DNA from: Mobula birostris
Taxonomy: Eukaryota
Length of the DNA stretch: 64,000 nt
Assembly (NCBI RefSeq): GCF_030028105.1
Contig: NC_092395.1
Location: forward strand, 43,862,459 to 43,926,458
Reading direction: 5' to 3'
Part shown: positions 36,193 to 49,249 of the stretch, one piece after another
Numbering within the stretch: the first letter of the stretch is position 1
Layout: the number at the start of each line of letters is the position of its first letter
Notes under the pieces: model-generated
The model's input: the letters and a program-made list of their open reading frames with translations, nothing else
The model's database searches: none
Told to the model about the DNA's origin: nothing
Made by a program: the position numbers and the translations under genes

Positions 36193-38800
36193 TGTGACGA
36201 GAGACCTTGACGAGGATGGTTAGGACCCAAGTGGGTGTATCGGAGACTATGATCAAGTCATGAACGAGACTGAATAGAGAGGTGAGCACAATGCAAGACC
36301 CTCGGCGATAATCCAAGTAAATTTACAATTGAGCATAGTTTAGGTGCTCTTTAAATGTTACGGCCTAGCTCCAGAACATGCCGCCAATTAGTGGGGCAGC
36401 TAGAATAATTAAGAAGGTGGCGCCAGCTATCCAAATTCCGGAGAGTCAGAGCATCTAAACTCCGGAACCTGCCGCGGTTCGGTGCAACTCTGATAGCAGG
36501 ACACATTCCCCTACGACTTAATTCTGACAGCACTGGCTGCTCAGAGATATGATAATTGTAGTCATGCATGAGGACCGGCTCCAAGATGTCCCTTCCAGGA
36601 ACTCAGCACCATTCCGCCAGTCCGAATCCTTCCCAGTGCACAAGGAACCGCCGAACACCCCGAAGAGTTCATGGATCCAAAATTCTTCTCATGGTGAAGA
36701 CCTGTTCTCTATTGACAAACCTGGGTGGTGGCGGGTCTGATGGTGGTGGGGTTAATGGACTGGTGTTCACAGGTTTTAATTTGGAAACGTGGAAAGTGAG
36801 ATTGATCTTGAGTGTCTTGGGGAGCTGTAAGGTGTAAGCCACTTGGTTTACTATTTTGAGAACATGTCCAATGAACGTGGGCGCTAATTTCCTGGACTCC
36901 ACCAGGAGAGGCAAATCCTGGTCGACAACCTGAAATGTTGCCCATGCTGCAAAATGGAATCATGTCTTCTCTTGTGGTTAGACTATTTTTTCCAACTTGT
37001 TTGGGTAGAGGATAACAAAACATCCCTTGTCCTAGTCCATTTCTTGCAGCGTCTGACGATATATTTGGCCATAGGAACTCAAGCTCGGCCTCCCGTGCAG
37101 GGAAGACTGGCGGAGATTACCCAAATTGGCATTCGAAAGGGACCATCCCCTGCGCAGAATGCTGTGAAGTGCTGTGAATGACCTCTGCCCACATCAAGTG
37201 GTCGTACCGCTCACCTAGTTTTTCAGAGGCAAGGCATCTTAGGTTTTGTTTCATATCTTGGTTCACCCGCTCCATCTGGTTGTTGAGTTGCAGGTGAAAT
37301 CCAGAGGAAAGACTCATTGTTGCCACAATCAGCTTACAAAACGTCCTCCAAAAACATGATGCAAAGTGCAGACTGCAATGCGACAAGTGTCCACCGGAAA
37401 ACTGTGGATCCTGAAGATCAGGTGTAAGACAATTTCGATACATCACTTGATAAACTGTCTCTGCCGTAGATGGTAGTCTGTCCAGGGCAATGAAAATGCA
37501 GGCCTTCGAAAAATGATACAAAATTATTATGACAACAGTCTTTTCCTTGGAATGAGGAATACCTGTGATAAAGTCAATAGAGATGTGCACAGATGGTCTT
37601 TCCGGACCAGGCAGAGGGAGAAAGAGCCCTTGAGTTTGGGTGAGAGACTCATTCTTCTGGGCACACACCTTGCATGGCTGAACGTATTGAAGGACCTCCC
37701 TCACCATTCTCGTCCAGCAATTTCCCTTCTTATGAACAAGAGGGTCCTGGCAATCCCTGACTAAGCGGTCATTATCAATGCCTGCCCCCATTGCAGTACC
37801 TGAGACCGGAATGAACTAGGAACGAGCAGCTGATCCGGAGACCCTTTGACGGGAAACTCCCCTTGAGCCTGGGCCTTTTGAACAAATGCGCAAAACAGTG
37901 GTTGGCTGCTCCTCTCGTTCCGGTTCGTCGAACTGACAGAACAAGACATTTGGTTTCTGATGCTTTGGCCCAAGTCGATAGGTCAGGACAAAATTAAAAC
38001 AGCTAAAGAAAAGGAACCGCCTGGCCTGCCCGGAATTCAGTCTCTTGGCCTTCTGAATATAAGTAAGGTTACTGGCCGAAGGTGCCGTTGAGACAACGTG
38101 TACCCACTCCAACGACAGAGGCGGGATGATGGAACTTTCTCCTCATGGCGTCCATGAATTACTCAGAAACTGAGCAAATCTGATGCTCCGTATTGTACGG
38201 AACGAGGCCGGCAGGAGTTCGACCACCAACGAACATTGAATAAGGAAGCCGTGGTAAGATCCCAGGTTACCATTGAATCTCTCTCTGTGGCCAGAAAAGG
38301 TACTGGCGCCACAGAGCAGCCAACAGCCTCACCCAAGTGACTCTAGCACCCTGCTTGCGATAGTTGGCACACGGCGACCTGGAGGTCATGTATCTCCAGG
38401 CGCTATCTTGAAATTTTCTCGCTATTGCTGGTCACAGCTGACGAAAGACTCTGATACCCCTCCGGTTCCACGTTGCTGCAATTGTATTCTGATGAGAGAC
38501 CTTGACGAGGATGGAATATCCGAGTGTTGGATTATCCAAGACTAGGATCGAGGCACGATACGAGATTTAAACTGGAATTGAGAAGAAAACAAGATACTAG
38601 CCAATAATTTAAGTGAGCCTATGGTTGTGCACTGAACCTCAGTTCAGGTGAACTTTAAATATTAAATCTTGGTGCCAAAACACCTCCGCTATTTGTGATG
38701 CGGCCTGAATCTCTAAGGGTCTGAGCCTGCTGTCCGTATTCTAGAGAGTTAGAGTGCCTAAACCATGGATGGTGGCACGGTTGGGTGCATGTATTAATAC
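36193..38800 (-). mobile_element. Degenerate Ty3/Gypsy chromovirus-like LTR element
   Basis: Integrase (CKVCAQ, ISIDFITGIP), RNase H-like (YIQKAKRLNSGQARR) and chromodomain-like remnants; diverged LTR-like repeats both beginning gagagaccttgacgaggatgg (~36199, ~38495). Confidence 0.85.
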
Positions 38801-38844
38801 ATATAGCAGGTTGACCAGTGAAGTTTAAGAGTCTTTGATTCCAG

Positions 38845-39050
38845 AGTGCAGTCGTCAGGGCTGAAGAGATTCCCATTTGTCCTGGAGATCATCTCCACTT
38901 CCTCAGGAGGGTTGTTCGATGTCAACTGTTATGTACAAAAAAAGACTGACCAAGAAAAGTGTTCAGGAGAGATTGAAACTTTGTTGTATTGTCAGATGTT
39001 TCTGGAGCAAATGTTAAATGGAGATTATTTTTATTGCAAACCAAATTTGA
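38845..39050 (+). pseudogene. Possible decayed, internally deleted V-like exon
   Basis: gtctttgattccag| acceptor, then CPGDH (SPG-like), VNCYVQKKTDQ (WYQQK-like) and LEQMLNGDYFYCK (DxxxYYC-like). Confidence 0.4.
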
Positions 39051-39329
39051 GGAGATTGTTCAATAGACTCTCCTGGTGGGTGGAGTTAAAGGGATTTCTT
39101 TACAATGAAGATCACGTTCACTGTGGCTATGCATGAATACATTTTACACTGTGATTCTGAGAGCATTTGGCGCACTGATGAAGGTGGCTAATGAAGACCC
39201 TGGCATTGATTCTCCCTGAGATGGTGACCCGAGAAATCCTCTCAAATTACGAGAGTCAAACTTGTTTTTGTTCTTGAAGAATAGACTAATAAAATATTTT
39301 ACTGTTGGTGAGGATTTCCTTGGACAATA

Positions 39330-40000
39330 GAGGACTGAATATTTTTAGACATATTAAAAATTACAAGGGGATCTAGAGTAGTGAGGAAAGTGGACGGAGG
39401 AATGGCAAATGGTATTCAATATAGCTAAGTGCAGGGATTTTAAATTTGGGAAGGCAAAACAGGATGATATGAATTTAGCAAATGTTAGTGTCCTAGGCAG
39501 CGCTGTTGAACAAAGGGATGTAGGAGTGCCAGTATATTGTTCACTGAATGTGGTGTCACAGATGGACAGAATGGTGGCAAAGTGATTTGGCACAACATCC
39601 TTTATCAGTCAGCATATGAGTATTGTTGCCAAGTCATTATACTGCAGTTGTATGAGACAATGGTGAGGCTACACCTGAGGCATCTGTACAATTTTCATCC
39701 CTCTGTTGAAGAAACAAGGTCAATAACCCCTGGAAAGAGTGCAAAAAGAGAAATTTTTCAGAATATTGCTATGGCTGAGGGCCTGTATTATAGGGGCGGG
39801 TGATTACCTTTCTCTTGTAAAGCAGGAGATTGAGGATGACCTAATACTGGTGCTTAAAATGTACAGGGGCATAGACAGGGTAAATACCCACAGTTATTCC
39901 AAGGGAAAGTTAATTAAATCTACAGTGCTTAGGTTTAAGGTGAGAGAAAGAATTAAAAGGGACCCTTGTCAGGGTCACATGCAAACTGAACTGCTGGAAT
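39330..40000 (+). mobile_element. CR1 LINE 3' fragment
   Basis: Decayed RT C-terminal motifs (ILQLYETMVRLHL). Confidence 0.75.
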
Positions 40001-40019
40001 CCTAGAAACTCTGGCAGTT

Positions 40020-40640
40020 CAATCAGGACAAAAAAAAAAAATGCAGATATTAAGCAGCAAACCTAACAAGCACTCAGAGAAACTATACAGAAACTAGAAG
40101 AACTGCATCATTCATGATACGCAGACTTGGAGGTATATAAAATTAAGCGGGCTGCAACACATAGAAAATTGTGTGGTAATTAAATCAGCACAAATTGAAC
40201 AAAGGTGATAAATACAAGCATAATTTAACAATCTCCATGATACCGAATGGAACACCAGAATCACAATGCAAAAACCCAGTGCTTGTTCAAAGATAAATAA
40301 TTAGACAACAAGGGTAAACAATCCAAGGAACATTGCATACTCATGAGGTTCCACTGTGAAAAATGACTCCAAGTTGTGACAGAATCCCCTATCAAAAACC
40401 GGCTCCTGGCAGCTTAGCGTGATTGAGGTGAAGCCGATGAAAATCAGTAATCAGATCAGGATCTAAAATATCCCGGACTGGAACCCAACTTCTCTCCTCC
40501 AGGTCACACCTCACCCTCTTGGCTAAACACTGGAATTGCCCCTTATCTTGCCAGGGGTCAAGCAATCTCTGAGCAGTGTAATTACGAGCTAGATCTATGT
40601 TTCTAGGAGGAGGGATAGGCTTAGGAATAGGGGCCACAGG
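40020..40640 (-). mobile_element. Gypsy 3' end: chromodomain, polypurine tract and LTR-like segment
   Basis: RSWVPVRDILDPDLITDFHR; minus-strand aggggattc|tgtcaca junction near 40380. Confidence 0.75.
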
Positions 40641-42109
40641 ACTACAGAGTATTAATGTAAGTTCAGAGATGTGAAAATTGAGAAGGATCCAGGAAGACCT
40701 GTGTAGCTGTAATCTTTAAATTACAGGATTGATTCTCTTAACAATCCTCTTAATAAGGCCCAATGAAGCTAAGAGCTAGCTTCCATGATTCTATTTTAAG
40801 GGGAACGGCTTGGGTAGACCCAAGCAAAAGAATAATTCAGTCGTCTCCTCTTATTTACTCACTGAAGTAAGTCAATATCCTCTTGGTTTTAAGCCATCGC
40901 TGTTTAGATTACTCGACAAACTGCTTAATCGATGGAACACTGACTTCCACTTCATGCTCGAGAAATAGAAAAGACTTAAACCCAAATTGGCATTTGAAAG
41001 GAGACGTGTTAAGCGAATAATAGTGAAGGATGTTATGAACTAACCCTGCCCAAATTAAACGGTCACTCCAAGAGGGTTGATACCAGAAACAGGGCAACAA
41101 CGAGTGAGTTCCAAACCTTAGTTAGTCCTCTCGATCTGACCATTCGTCTGTGGGTGAAAACTGGAAGTAAGGCTAGAAGTAGCTCAGTTATGTTTGCCAA
41201 ATGCTTTCTGAAACTTGGAAGTAAATTATAAACTGCTGTGCAGACATTATCAGAAGGAAACCTATGTACCCAAAACACCTGCTGCAGTAAAAGATGACGA
41301 GCTATGTCATCACGAGATGATGGAAGTGCAGTAAGGGGGAAAAAAAATAGAAACCTTGTAAAATCGAGCAACAGTGATTAAAATAAGAGTAAAGGAGCAT
41401 GAACGTGGCAGCGATGAGGGGGGCAGTAATTAAACGCAGAGGAAGATGGAACCAGGGTATGGAGGGGATGGGGAGGGAACGGAGTGGGATTCGATGGTTT
41501 GGAATGGACATAAATGTCAATGGCTTGGTCAAATGACTTGACGTCCCGTTTAATACCAGACCACCAATAATGTCTTTGTTATGAATTCTAGGGTATGTGA
41601 CATTCCAGTGTGGGCTCTTATCTTGGATGCATACCCCCATTTGAGGACATCCAACCGAAGTTCAGGTGGCAAGAAAGGGTGATCTAGGGGAACGTTACTG
41701 GAAACTGGTTTACTGCCCTCCAGTGTGTTTCTACTTGGGGATCAATTATCAGATGAGCCAAAAGTTAATTCTCCGGAAGTACCGACTCCAGCCTATCAAT
41801 TGAATCAGGCTTGGCGGGGGAGGGTTGATGAAGGTGTGTTGGTGGGGGTTCAACTTGCTTAGATAGGGTGTCAGGTTTTATGTTCTTGGAACTTGGATGA
41901 TAAGTAATGACATTATTAAAGCGGTTATAAAGAAATGCAAATTGGATAAAAGCTAATTCGTCTGAGCCGTTGAGACAACAAATGGATGCTCAGTGCTAGC
42001 AAACAAATGCCACCACTCTTCTAATATCTCAGCGTCAGAGACGAACAAGGTGCGGGTTGGGCTGGCGGCTCTTCGCTCGGGTTCAGTGTTGACCTGCTCG
42101 AAACAAGCA

Positions 42110-42900
42110 TAAACATGATATAGCAACACACATCAAAGTTGCTGGTGAACGCAGCAGGCCAGGCAGCATCTTTAGGAAGTGGTACAGTCGACGCTTCGGG
42201 CCGAGACCCTTTGTCACGACTAACTGAAGGAAGAGTTAGTAAGAGATTTGAAAGTGGGAGGGGGAGCGGGAGATCCAAAATGACAGGAGAAGACAGGAGG
42301 GGGAGGGATGGAGCCTAGAGCTGGACAGGTGATTGGCAAAAGGGATACGAGAGGATCATGGGACAGGAGGCCCAGGGAGAAGGAAAAGGGGGAGGGGCGG
42401 GAAAACCCAGTGGATGGGCAAGGGGCATAGTCAGAGGGACAGAGGGAGAAAAAAATAAATAACGGATGGGGTACGAGGGGAAGGTGGGGCATTTGCGGAA
42501 GTTTGAGAAGTCAATCTTCATGCCACCAGGTTGGAGTCTACCCAGAAGGAATATAAGTTGTTGTTCCTCCAACCTGAGTGTGCCTTCATCTTTACAATAG
42601 AGGAGGCCGCGGATAGACATATCAGAATGGGAATGGGATGTGGAATTAAAATGTGTGGCCACTGGGAGATCCTGCTTTCTCTGGCAGACAGAGCATAGGT
42701 GTTCAGCAAAACGATCTCCCAGTCTGCGTCGGGTCTCGCCAATATATAAAAGGCCACATCAGGAGCACCAGATGCAGTATATCACCCCAGACGACTCACA
42801 AGTGAAGTATCGCCTCACCTGGAAGGACTGTCTGGGGCCCTGAGTGGGGGTAAGGGAGGAAGTGTAAAGACATACGTAGCACTTGCTCCATTGTCTTGCG
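42110..42900 (-). mobile_element. Penelope-like GIY-YIG 3' end with tail
   Basis: ATHFNSTSHSHSDMSIRGLLYC...LEEQQLIFLLGRLQP and YFTCESSGVIYCIWCS. Confidence 0.85.
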
Positions 42901-43599
42901 CAGTAGTGCAGCGTATACGGAACTACCAAACCAAGGTGTGTGGTTTGGGTAGGCCCATAGCGATTTTTGGGGAATAACGTCCACAATGCACTTCCAGATG
43001 AAACCTGTGACCACTTCCAATCCGAGACGTCCTCAATTTAGAACACATCCTGGCCAACATCATCAAGGGAATCCAGTAACATGCAGTCTGATTGGTCACA
43101 CCAGTAGTACATGGTTTTCACTGTGGCCAAGTATCGACAAAAGACTTTCAACTCTGGTAAGTGTGAAGTGTCGACATTACAGGTGGACAAAATGGTGTTT
43201 GAAAGCATTTGGCACGCTGGCCTTAATTAGTCAAGACACTGTATGGGAGTTGCAACATTACGCTGCAGTGGTGCAAGATGATTTTGAAACTGCTCTTCAA
43301 GTGTTGTGCACAGTTTTTCTCGTCATGTTATAGAAGAGACATCAGTAAATGAGAAAGAGTGTAGAGAAGATGTATAAAGCTGCAACTGGGTCACCAGGTT
43401 TCAGTTTATTTGGACAGCATGTGTAGGACTGGGACATTATTCCTTCAAACGTAGCAGTTTGAGAAGTGACTGTATAGAGCTGAAAAAGTCATGGCGGTCT
43501 CTAGACTGTGAATGTATATGGACCTTTACCCAGTGAAGGGGAACAACCGCTAGCTGGATGGCATACCAGGACGAGTACTCAAAGTGTGCCTGGCACAGC

Positions 43600-45060
43600 T
43601 GCCTGGTGTGTTCACAGACATTCTTAACTTTCCCTCTTCCAGTGTGTAGTGCCCTCTCAATTCAAAACATCCACCATTGTCCCTGTACCAAAGAAAATGA
43701 AAGGTAGCATGTCGAACGATTGGCGTCCTGATGCACTCACCTCAATCATAAAAAAATTGCTTTGAGAGGCTGGTGAAGGACTACATCTGCAGCATGCTAC
43801 CACCCACACTGGACGCTCTATAATTTGCTTCCTGACACAACCAATCCACAGATGATGCCAAAGCCACAGCACAACAAACTGTCGTCACTCACCTGGAGAA
43901 GATGGACGCTAATGTAGAATGCTTCCTTAGACTACAGTTCACCATTCAACAGCATAAATCCCCCCAGGCTCAACCTCGGACTGCACCCCGCCATGTACAG
44001 CTGGATCCTGGTATTGATGTTGAATCACCGGCAGGTGGCAAGGGTGAGCTCCCTCACCTCTGACCCTCTGACCCTCTGACCCTCAACACAGGGGCTCCCC
44101 AGTGCTGTATCCTGAGCCCCTTACTCTACACACTATACAGCCATAACTGTGTTGCCTTGCACAGCTCCAATCTGCTGATGAAATGTGCAGATGACACAAC
44201 ATTGACAGGCCTTATTTCCAACAATGCTGGAGCAGCCTACAGAGGAGAAGTCAATGCCCTGATACAGTAGTGCCAAGAAAACAGCCTCTCCCCCAATGTC
44301 GAGAAAAACAAAGAAGCTGCTCATGAGTTACAGGCGGAATGGAGACAACCTTGGCCTTACTGATATCAATGGGACTGTATTTTTAGAGGATGAATAGGTC
44401 AAATTCCTTGGCGTACCACCGAGGATCTCATTGGGACTGTACATATGGCTGTGTTGTGAAAACAGCACAACAGCGCCTCATTCACCTCAGACTGCTGAAG
44501 AAGGTAGGCATGTGTCCTCAAATCCTCAGGACTTTCTACAGGGGCACCATTGAGAGCATCTTGACTGCGCGAGTCATCCTGACTGGCTGTGTCAGCGCCT
44601 GGTTGGAAACTGTACTGCCCTCAATCACAGAGTGGTATAGACAGCCCAATGCATCTGTAGATGTGAACTTTCCTCTGTTCAGTACACTGACTGTAGCAGG
44701 TACATGAAAAAGGGTCTGGAAGATCATCAGGGGATGGAGCTGCTCTAACCACAGACTGTTTCAGCCGTTTTCATCTGGAAAAATGTACGGCAGCATTCAG
44801 ACAAGGTCTAATAGGCTCCAGAGCAGCTTCTTTTAACAGGCCATTAGATTGACCAATACACGTTGATCTGATACATATCTGACCGTACATACATGTATAC
44901 AAAACAATTATGCATGCAATCTCAGTGTTTGGGCAATATCGTCCCACTTTTCCCTTCCTTATTGCCTTCACATGGTGACAAGGATGCAACATAAAGATTT
45001 TTTCACCCCCTCATGTTGTGAGATGGATGTAAGAAATAAAATTCTAATTCTAATTCTAAC
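43600..45060 (+). mobile_element. Rex1/Babar-like LINE 3' part
   Basis: RT remnants, ILRTFYRGTIESILT, and an (attcta)n tail near 45040. Confidence 0.8.
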
Positions 45061-45479
45061 TCGGAGGCCTCACTTGTTGTTCATAGACTAAATGTATGCC
45101 TCCCTTTCCATGATCAGAGCCTAATAACATTGGTCAGCTGAGATTCCCAACACTTGCCAGCCTTGCCTTGCATTCCAGCAGAAATATACCATATCGCGAC
45201 ACTTGATGTTGCACTTTTATAAACTTTTCATGTGACATTTGTCCCATTTCCAGCAAGCAGTCTCGCTCAATTGACCTTGGTAAGATTTAGCCTTATCCCT
45301 CCAAAACTTGCTCTGTCTAAGTTTAAGACTAATCATATTTTCACTTCACAATTAAAAGCTAAATAGCAGAATTAAGGTTACTGGATATAAAGTGCTCCAC
45401 AATTGACACTTGATGTGCCTGAACTTATTCCATCAGAGGAGGATCTGTTTTGTGTTCTCTCTATTAGGGGCTTCTGGAT

Positions 45480-46290
45480 AATAAGTAAGGGAACCTTATT
45501 GGATACATTTAACAAATTCCGTCTCTCCCATGCCCGTTGCACTATGCTTGGAAATTAACAACTCCTATTAACGTTGCCTTATTTCTCTTACAACTATCTG
45601 CAGGCTCGATACACATCAGTACCCCTAATTTCCACAGATTAAGAGGAGATATAATAAAAGCATCTCATTAAAGTAACCATCGAATTCATGTTTCTAGCTT
45701 CCTCCACAATGACCTCATTCGATGATCACCTGCAATTATCTTCTTTAACCACTGTTGTTATGTCCTACCCCATCAGAGTGACAACTCTCACTCCTCTCAT
45801 ACCTGCAGTTCTATCATGCCTGCAGCATCTGTGTCCTGGAACATCAAGTCACCAGTCCTGCCCTTCCCCCAGTCATTTTCTGTTAGGTGATAATATCCAC
45901 TCCTCAGAGCAAACCCACCTTGTTCACCTTACCTGTTCAGTCTCTTGCATTGACTGAAATGCAGTTTCATCCAATGGTCTTTTCTTTTCCTTATTGTTTC
46001 CCTAGCTACACTGACCACTGAAATTTCTCTCATTAGCTACAGTACTTTCTTTGACTTCTCATCTGCCTCTTTGCTGCTCAGGTGTCCCACTCCCCGTTGA
46101 TCGAGTTGAATTCAAGTTGCATAAACAAAGCTCTCTGCTATAATATTATTCATCCTCCAGACAGGTAGATGGGATGGATCTTCTACAGGTCACTTTTATC
46201 CCAGTAAAGATCCCAGCGATCCAAGATCCTGAATCACCGTGCCCTTCGCCAGCTCCTCAGCCATGCATGTTGGCCACTCAACCACTGACA
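45480..46290 (-). mobile_element. CR1 fragment (ORF1 esterase end to ORF2 endonuclease) truncating C3
   Basis: Minus strand gives AWLRSW...FRILDRWDLYW and NAR...NKV remnants. Confidence 0.7.
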
Positions 46291-46399
46291 AAAGGCAAAC
46301 TCACTGACAGTTACTGACCAGGCAAATTAAAGTGCCCACTGCTTTAGCAGAGATTTCCTTATCTGATGGCTCAGGCAGCTTTTTTGCAGGGTCCGGTAT
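46290..46399 (-). pseudogene. Truncated third Ig light-chain C exon (C3)
   Basis: cttctcttcttcccgttccag| then PDPAKKLPEPSDKEISAKAVGTLICLVS, a frameshift, then LSVSLPFVS; aligns with C2 PDPSVKLFGPSAEEISAKGTGTLVCLVSKLSVGFPVVS. Confidence 0.88.
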
Positions 46400-46422
46400 C
46401 TGGAACGGGAAGAAGAGAAGAC

Positions 46423-47269
46423 TTTTAGTATCCAAATTCCGGTAATGCCCTCCTTCAACTTTCCCCATTTCCATTTTCCTCTCTCACTTTATCTCCTTAC
46501 CTGCCCAACAACTCCCTCCAGTGCTCCTCCCCCTTTTCTTTCCTTCATGCCTTCTGTCCTCTCCCAGCAGATTCTCCTTTCTCCCACCCTGTACAGTATA
46601 AGACCATAAGACAGAAGAGTAGAATTTTGCCAATCAACCCATCAAGCCTGCTCCGCCATTCCATCATGGCCGATCCTGGATCCTACTCAAACCAAAACAC
46701 CTGCCTTCTCAGCATAATCTTTGTACACTGATCAATCAGGAAAGTAACAATTTTCGCTTTAAATATATACCCATGGTGTTGGTCTCCACCGCAGTCTGTG
46801 GCAGAGTATTCCACAGATTCACTACTGTCTAGGTGAAAAACAATCCTCCTTACCTCTGTTCGAAAGGGTCACCCCTCAATTTTGAGGCTGTGCCCTCTAA
46901 TTCTGGAAACCCCCACCATAAGAAACATCCCCTCCACATCCACCTTATCTCATCCTTTCAACATTCAATAGCTTTCACTGAGATCACCATACCCCTACCC
47001 CCACAAATTCATTTAATCCAGTGAGTACAGATCCAACTATCTTTTTCATTGATCAAACCTCCAGCTCTTTACTTCACCCCTCCCTGGTTTCACCCATCAG
47101 CTTATGTTTCTTCCTCCACTCCCACCTCCACCCTCCAACCTTCTTACTCTGACTCCTCATCATTTTCTCCAGACCCAATGAAGAGACTCGGGCCAAAACA
47201 TCGACTGTACTCCTTTCCATAGATGCTACCTGGCCTGCTGAGTTCCTCCAGCAATTTGTGTGTGCTGAC
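46423..47269 (+). mobile_element. Penelope-family 3' end with nested CR1 tail, flanked by a 10-bp target-site duplication
   Basis: AAGAGAAGAC at 46413-46422 and 47270-47279; inverted CR1 tail begins near 46600. Confidence 0.8.
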
Positions 47270-49249
47270 AAGAGAAGACATATGCAAGAGCTCATTTGAT
47301 TTCCCGGTTTGACATCACCATCACATTCAGGTATGGGCTGATAAATTTCAAGTAATGTTCAGATGACAAAAATATTGTGCATGTCCAGGACGAATGTTTT
47401 GAACTATGAACCTTAGCATTTCATGCCATCACCATCACAAAAACTCTGCATTGGATGATCCCAAGCCCAGCTGTGATTGGAGTGGGATTGGGCATGGGGC
47501 TAGCAACTTCATCCTGAGAAAACCCAGAGCTACAGAAACACCAGCAGAAACTCCAATGTTCACATCCCTGGGAGAGGAAGGATCTTTGAAGGTGGGTTAT
47601 ACCTGGAGACAACCTGGCACAGAACAGAGGACTCTAGGAGAGCCATTTTATTGAAGTGGAGAATTCTAATCCACCTACAGTCTTTTATTGGCTCTCCTCC
47701 ATTTTTTCCTGTTTAAGTTTAACGATAATAAAAGTAGGACATTTCATACATCCTTTAAATTTGAGCAAATCTGGTGACCCTTTATCCAATATTTTCATTG
47801 AATTTGATTTATTCGTCTTTCAATCTTTTTTTTGAAGTTTTAGATTTGATCAGAAAGTCTTTTTTTCTTCTTTTTTGGTCGTATCCTCAAAATGGACTGC
47901 CCAATCCCTTTTTTTTTACATAGTGTAGTTTTATATCTCTTCATTTAAAACTCAATATTTTTTTTCTTTTCTCATCATAAATTGGTAAGTGGAGAATTGC
48001 TGTTTTCATTTTTATATATATTTAGATAGATTATATTAGATTATATAAAATAAATTTTATAAATATATATTTTATACTAGTTTAAGAATATCTATGATTT
48101 TGACAATGTTTATCATAATCTCGGTTTATATTGTTACTGATATATTTGAGATAATCCTCCTCTGGATTGTATTTTTGCTCCTTTAAATCAAAAACAAGGT
48201 TAATAAGGAAAGGAAGGACAGAGGACTCTGATGAGCTGCTGTCGGTGGTCTATGTCCCCGTAGAGGTGATGGGATTAAATAAGTAACCATCCTACTGCAA
48301 TTCTGCTATTAAGACACGAACATAATGCACCTCTCTGTTTGTGGAGATACGTCCAGCTCCAACAATATTCTAAAAGCTCAACATAATCCAGGAAAAGACT
48401 GCCCAGTTCATTGTCACGCATCCACCGTCATGAAATTTCATGCCCTCCATTACTGGTGCACAATGGATGCCGTGTGATCTATTTACAAAATATCCTGCTG
48501 TTACTTCTTTAGGGTACTCCAACTATACCTCCCAAATCTGAGATTTACTACCAATATGATAGGTTAGAATGTACCAGAGAGTACTGCCATGGGCAGGTTC
48601 ACTTTCAAATTACACAACAACCTGGCAGGAAATAAATTTATGGATCTTAATTAAATCTAATGCCTGGATCTCCCCATTCACTAGTACTGTGGGAATAGCT
48701 TCTCAGAGAAATTGCAGAGTTTCAAGAAGGCAGCTCATCACCACCTTCTCAAGAGCAGTTGATTCAATAAAGGCTCGACAGAGCCTTTAATATTCAACGA
48801 AGGTGCAAGGCGCTCTGGTTTTATGCACAGACAGGAGAAGCTGGGAAAGTTTCAAGGTGATCTGAGAGCAGACTTTTTAAAAAAATTGTTGAGCATGCTG
48901 AGTCAAAAGGCAGAGGCTGTTTTTATTGGAGGAGGTTCTACAAATGAAAGTAAATGACAAATGTGACACACTCAGCTTGAAGGAGCAACACTTCTTATTT
49001 TGTCTGGGTAGCCTCCAACATGATGTTAAAGAAGCATCAATTTCTATAACTTCCAGTAACTTATCTCTCTTACCTTCTTTTTCCATTCTCTTTTCTACTT
49101 CCCTTACCACATTTTCCCTCCTCCTTACCTGCTACTCAGCTTCCTCCAATGCCCCTGTTTCCTTCCCATGGTACACTCTTCTCTTCTGTCAGGTTCCTCC
49201 TCCTTTATCCGTCCCCAACTCACCGACTGTTTGCTTCACCTGGTTTCAT

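Noticed and set aside
39119-39125. CACTGTG after the DYFYC relic
   Set aside because: Wrong orientation and distance for a V-RSS, and no nonamer.
41935-41942. Perfect ATGCAAAT with nearby TTATAA
   Set aside because: TATA only 5 nt away, and no leader or V found on either strand.
46215-46262. AEELAKGTV, resembling a lambda/kappa C or protocadherin motif
   Set aside because: Another frame gives the CR1 ORF1 esterase motif (AWLRSW...ILDRWDLYW), continuous with the adjacent CR1.
47437-47445. ACAAAAACT nonamer upstream of C3
   Set aside because: No heptamer at 12 or 23 nt and no FGxG J.
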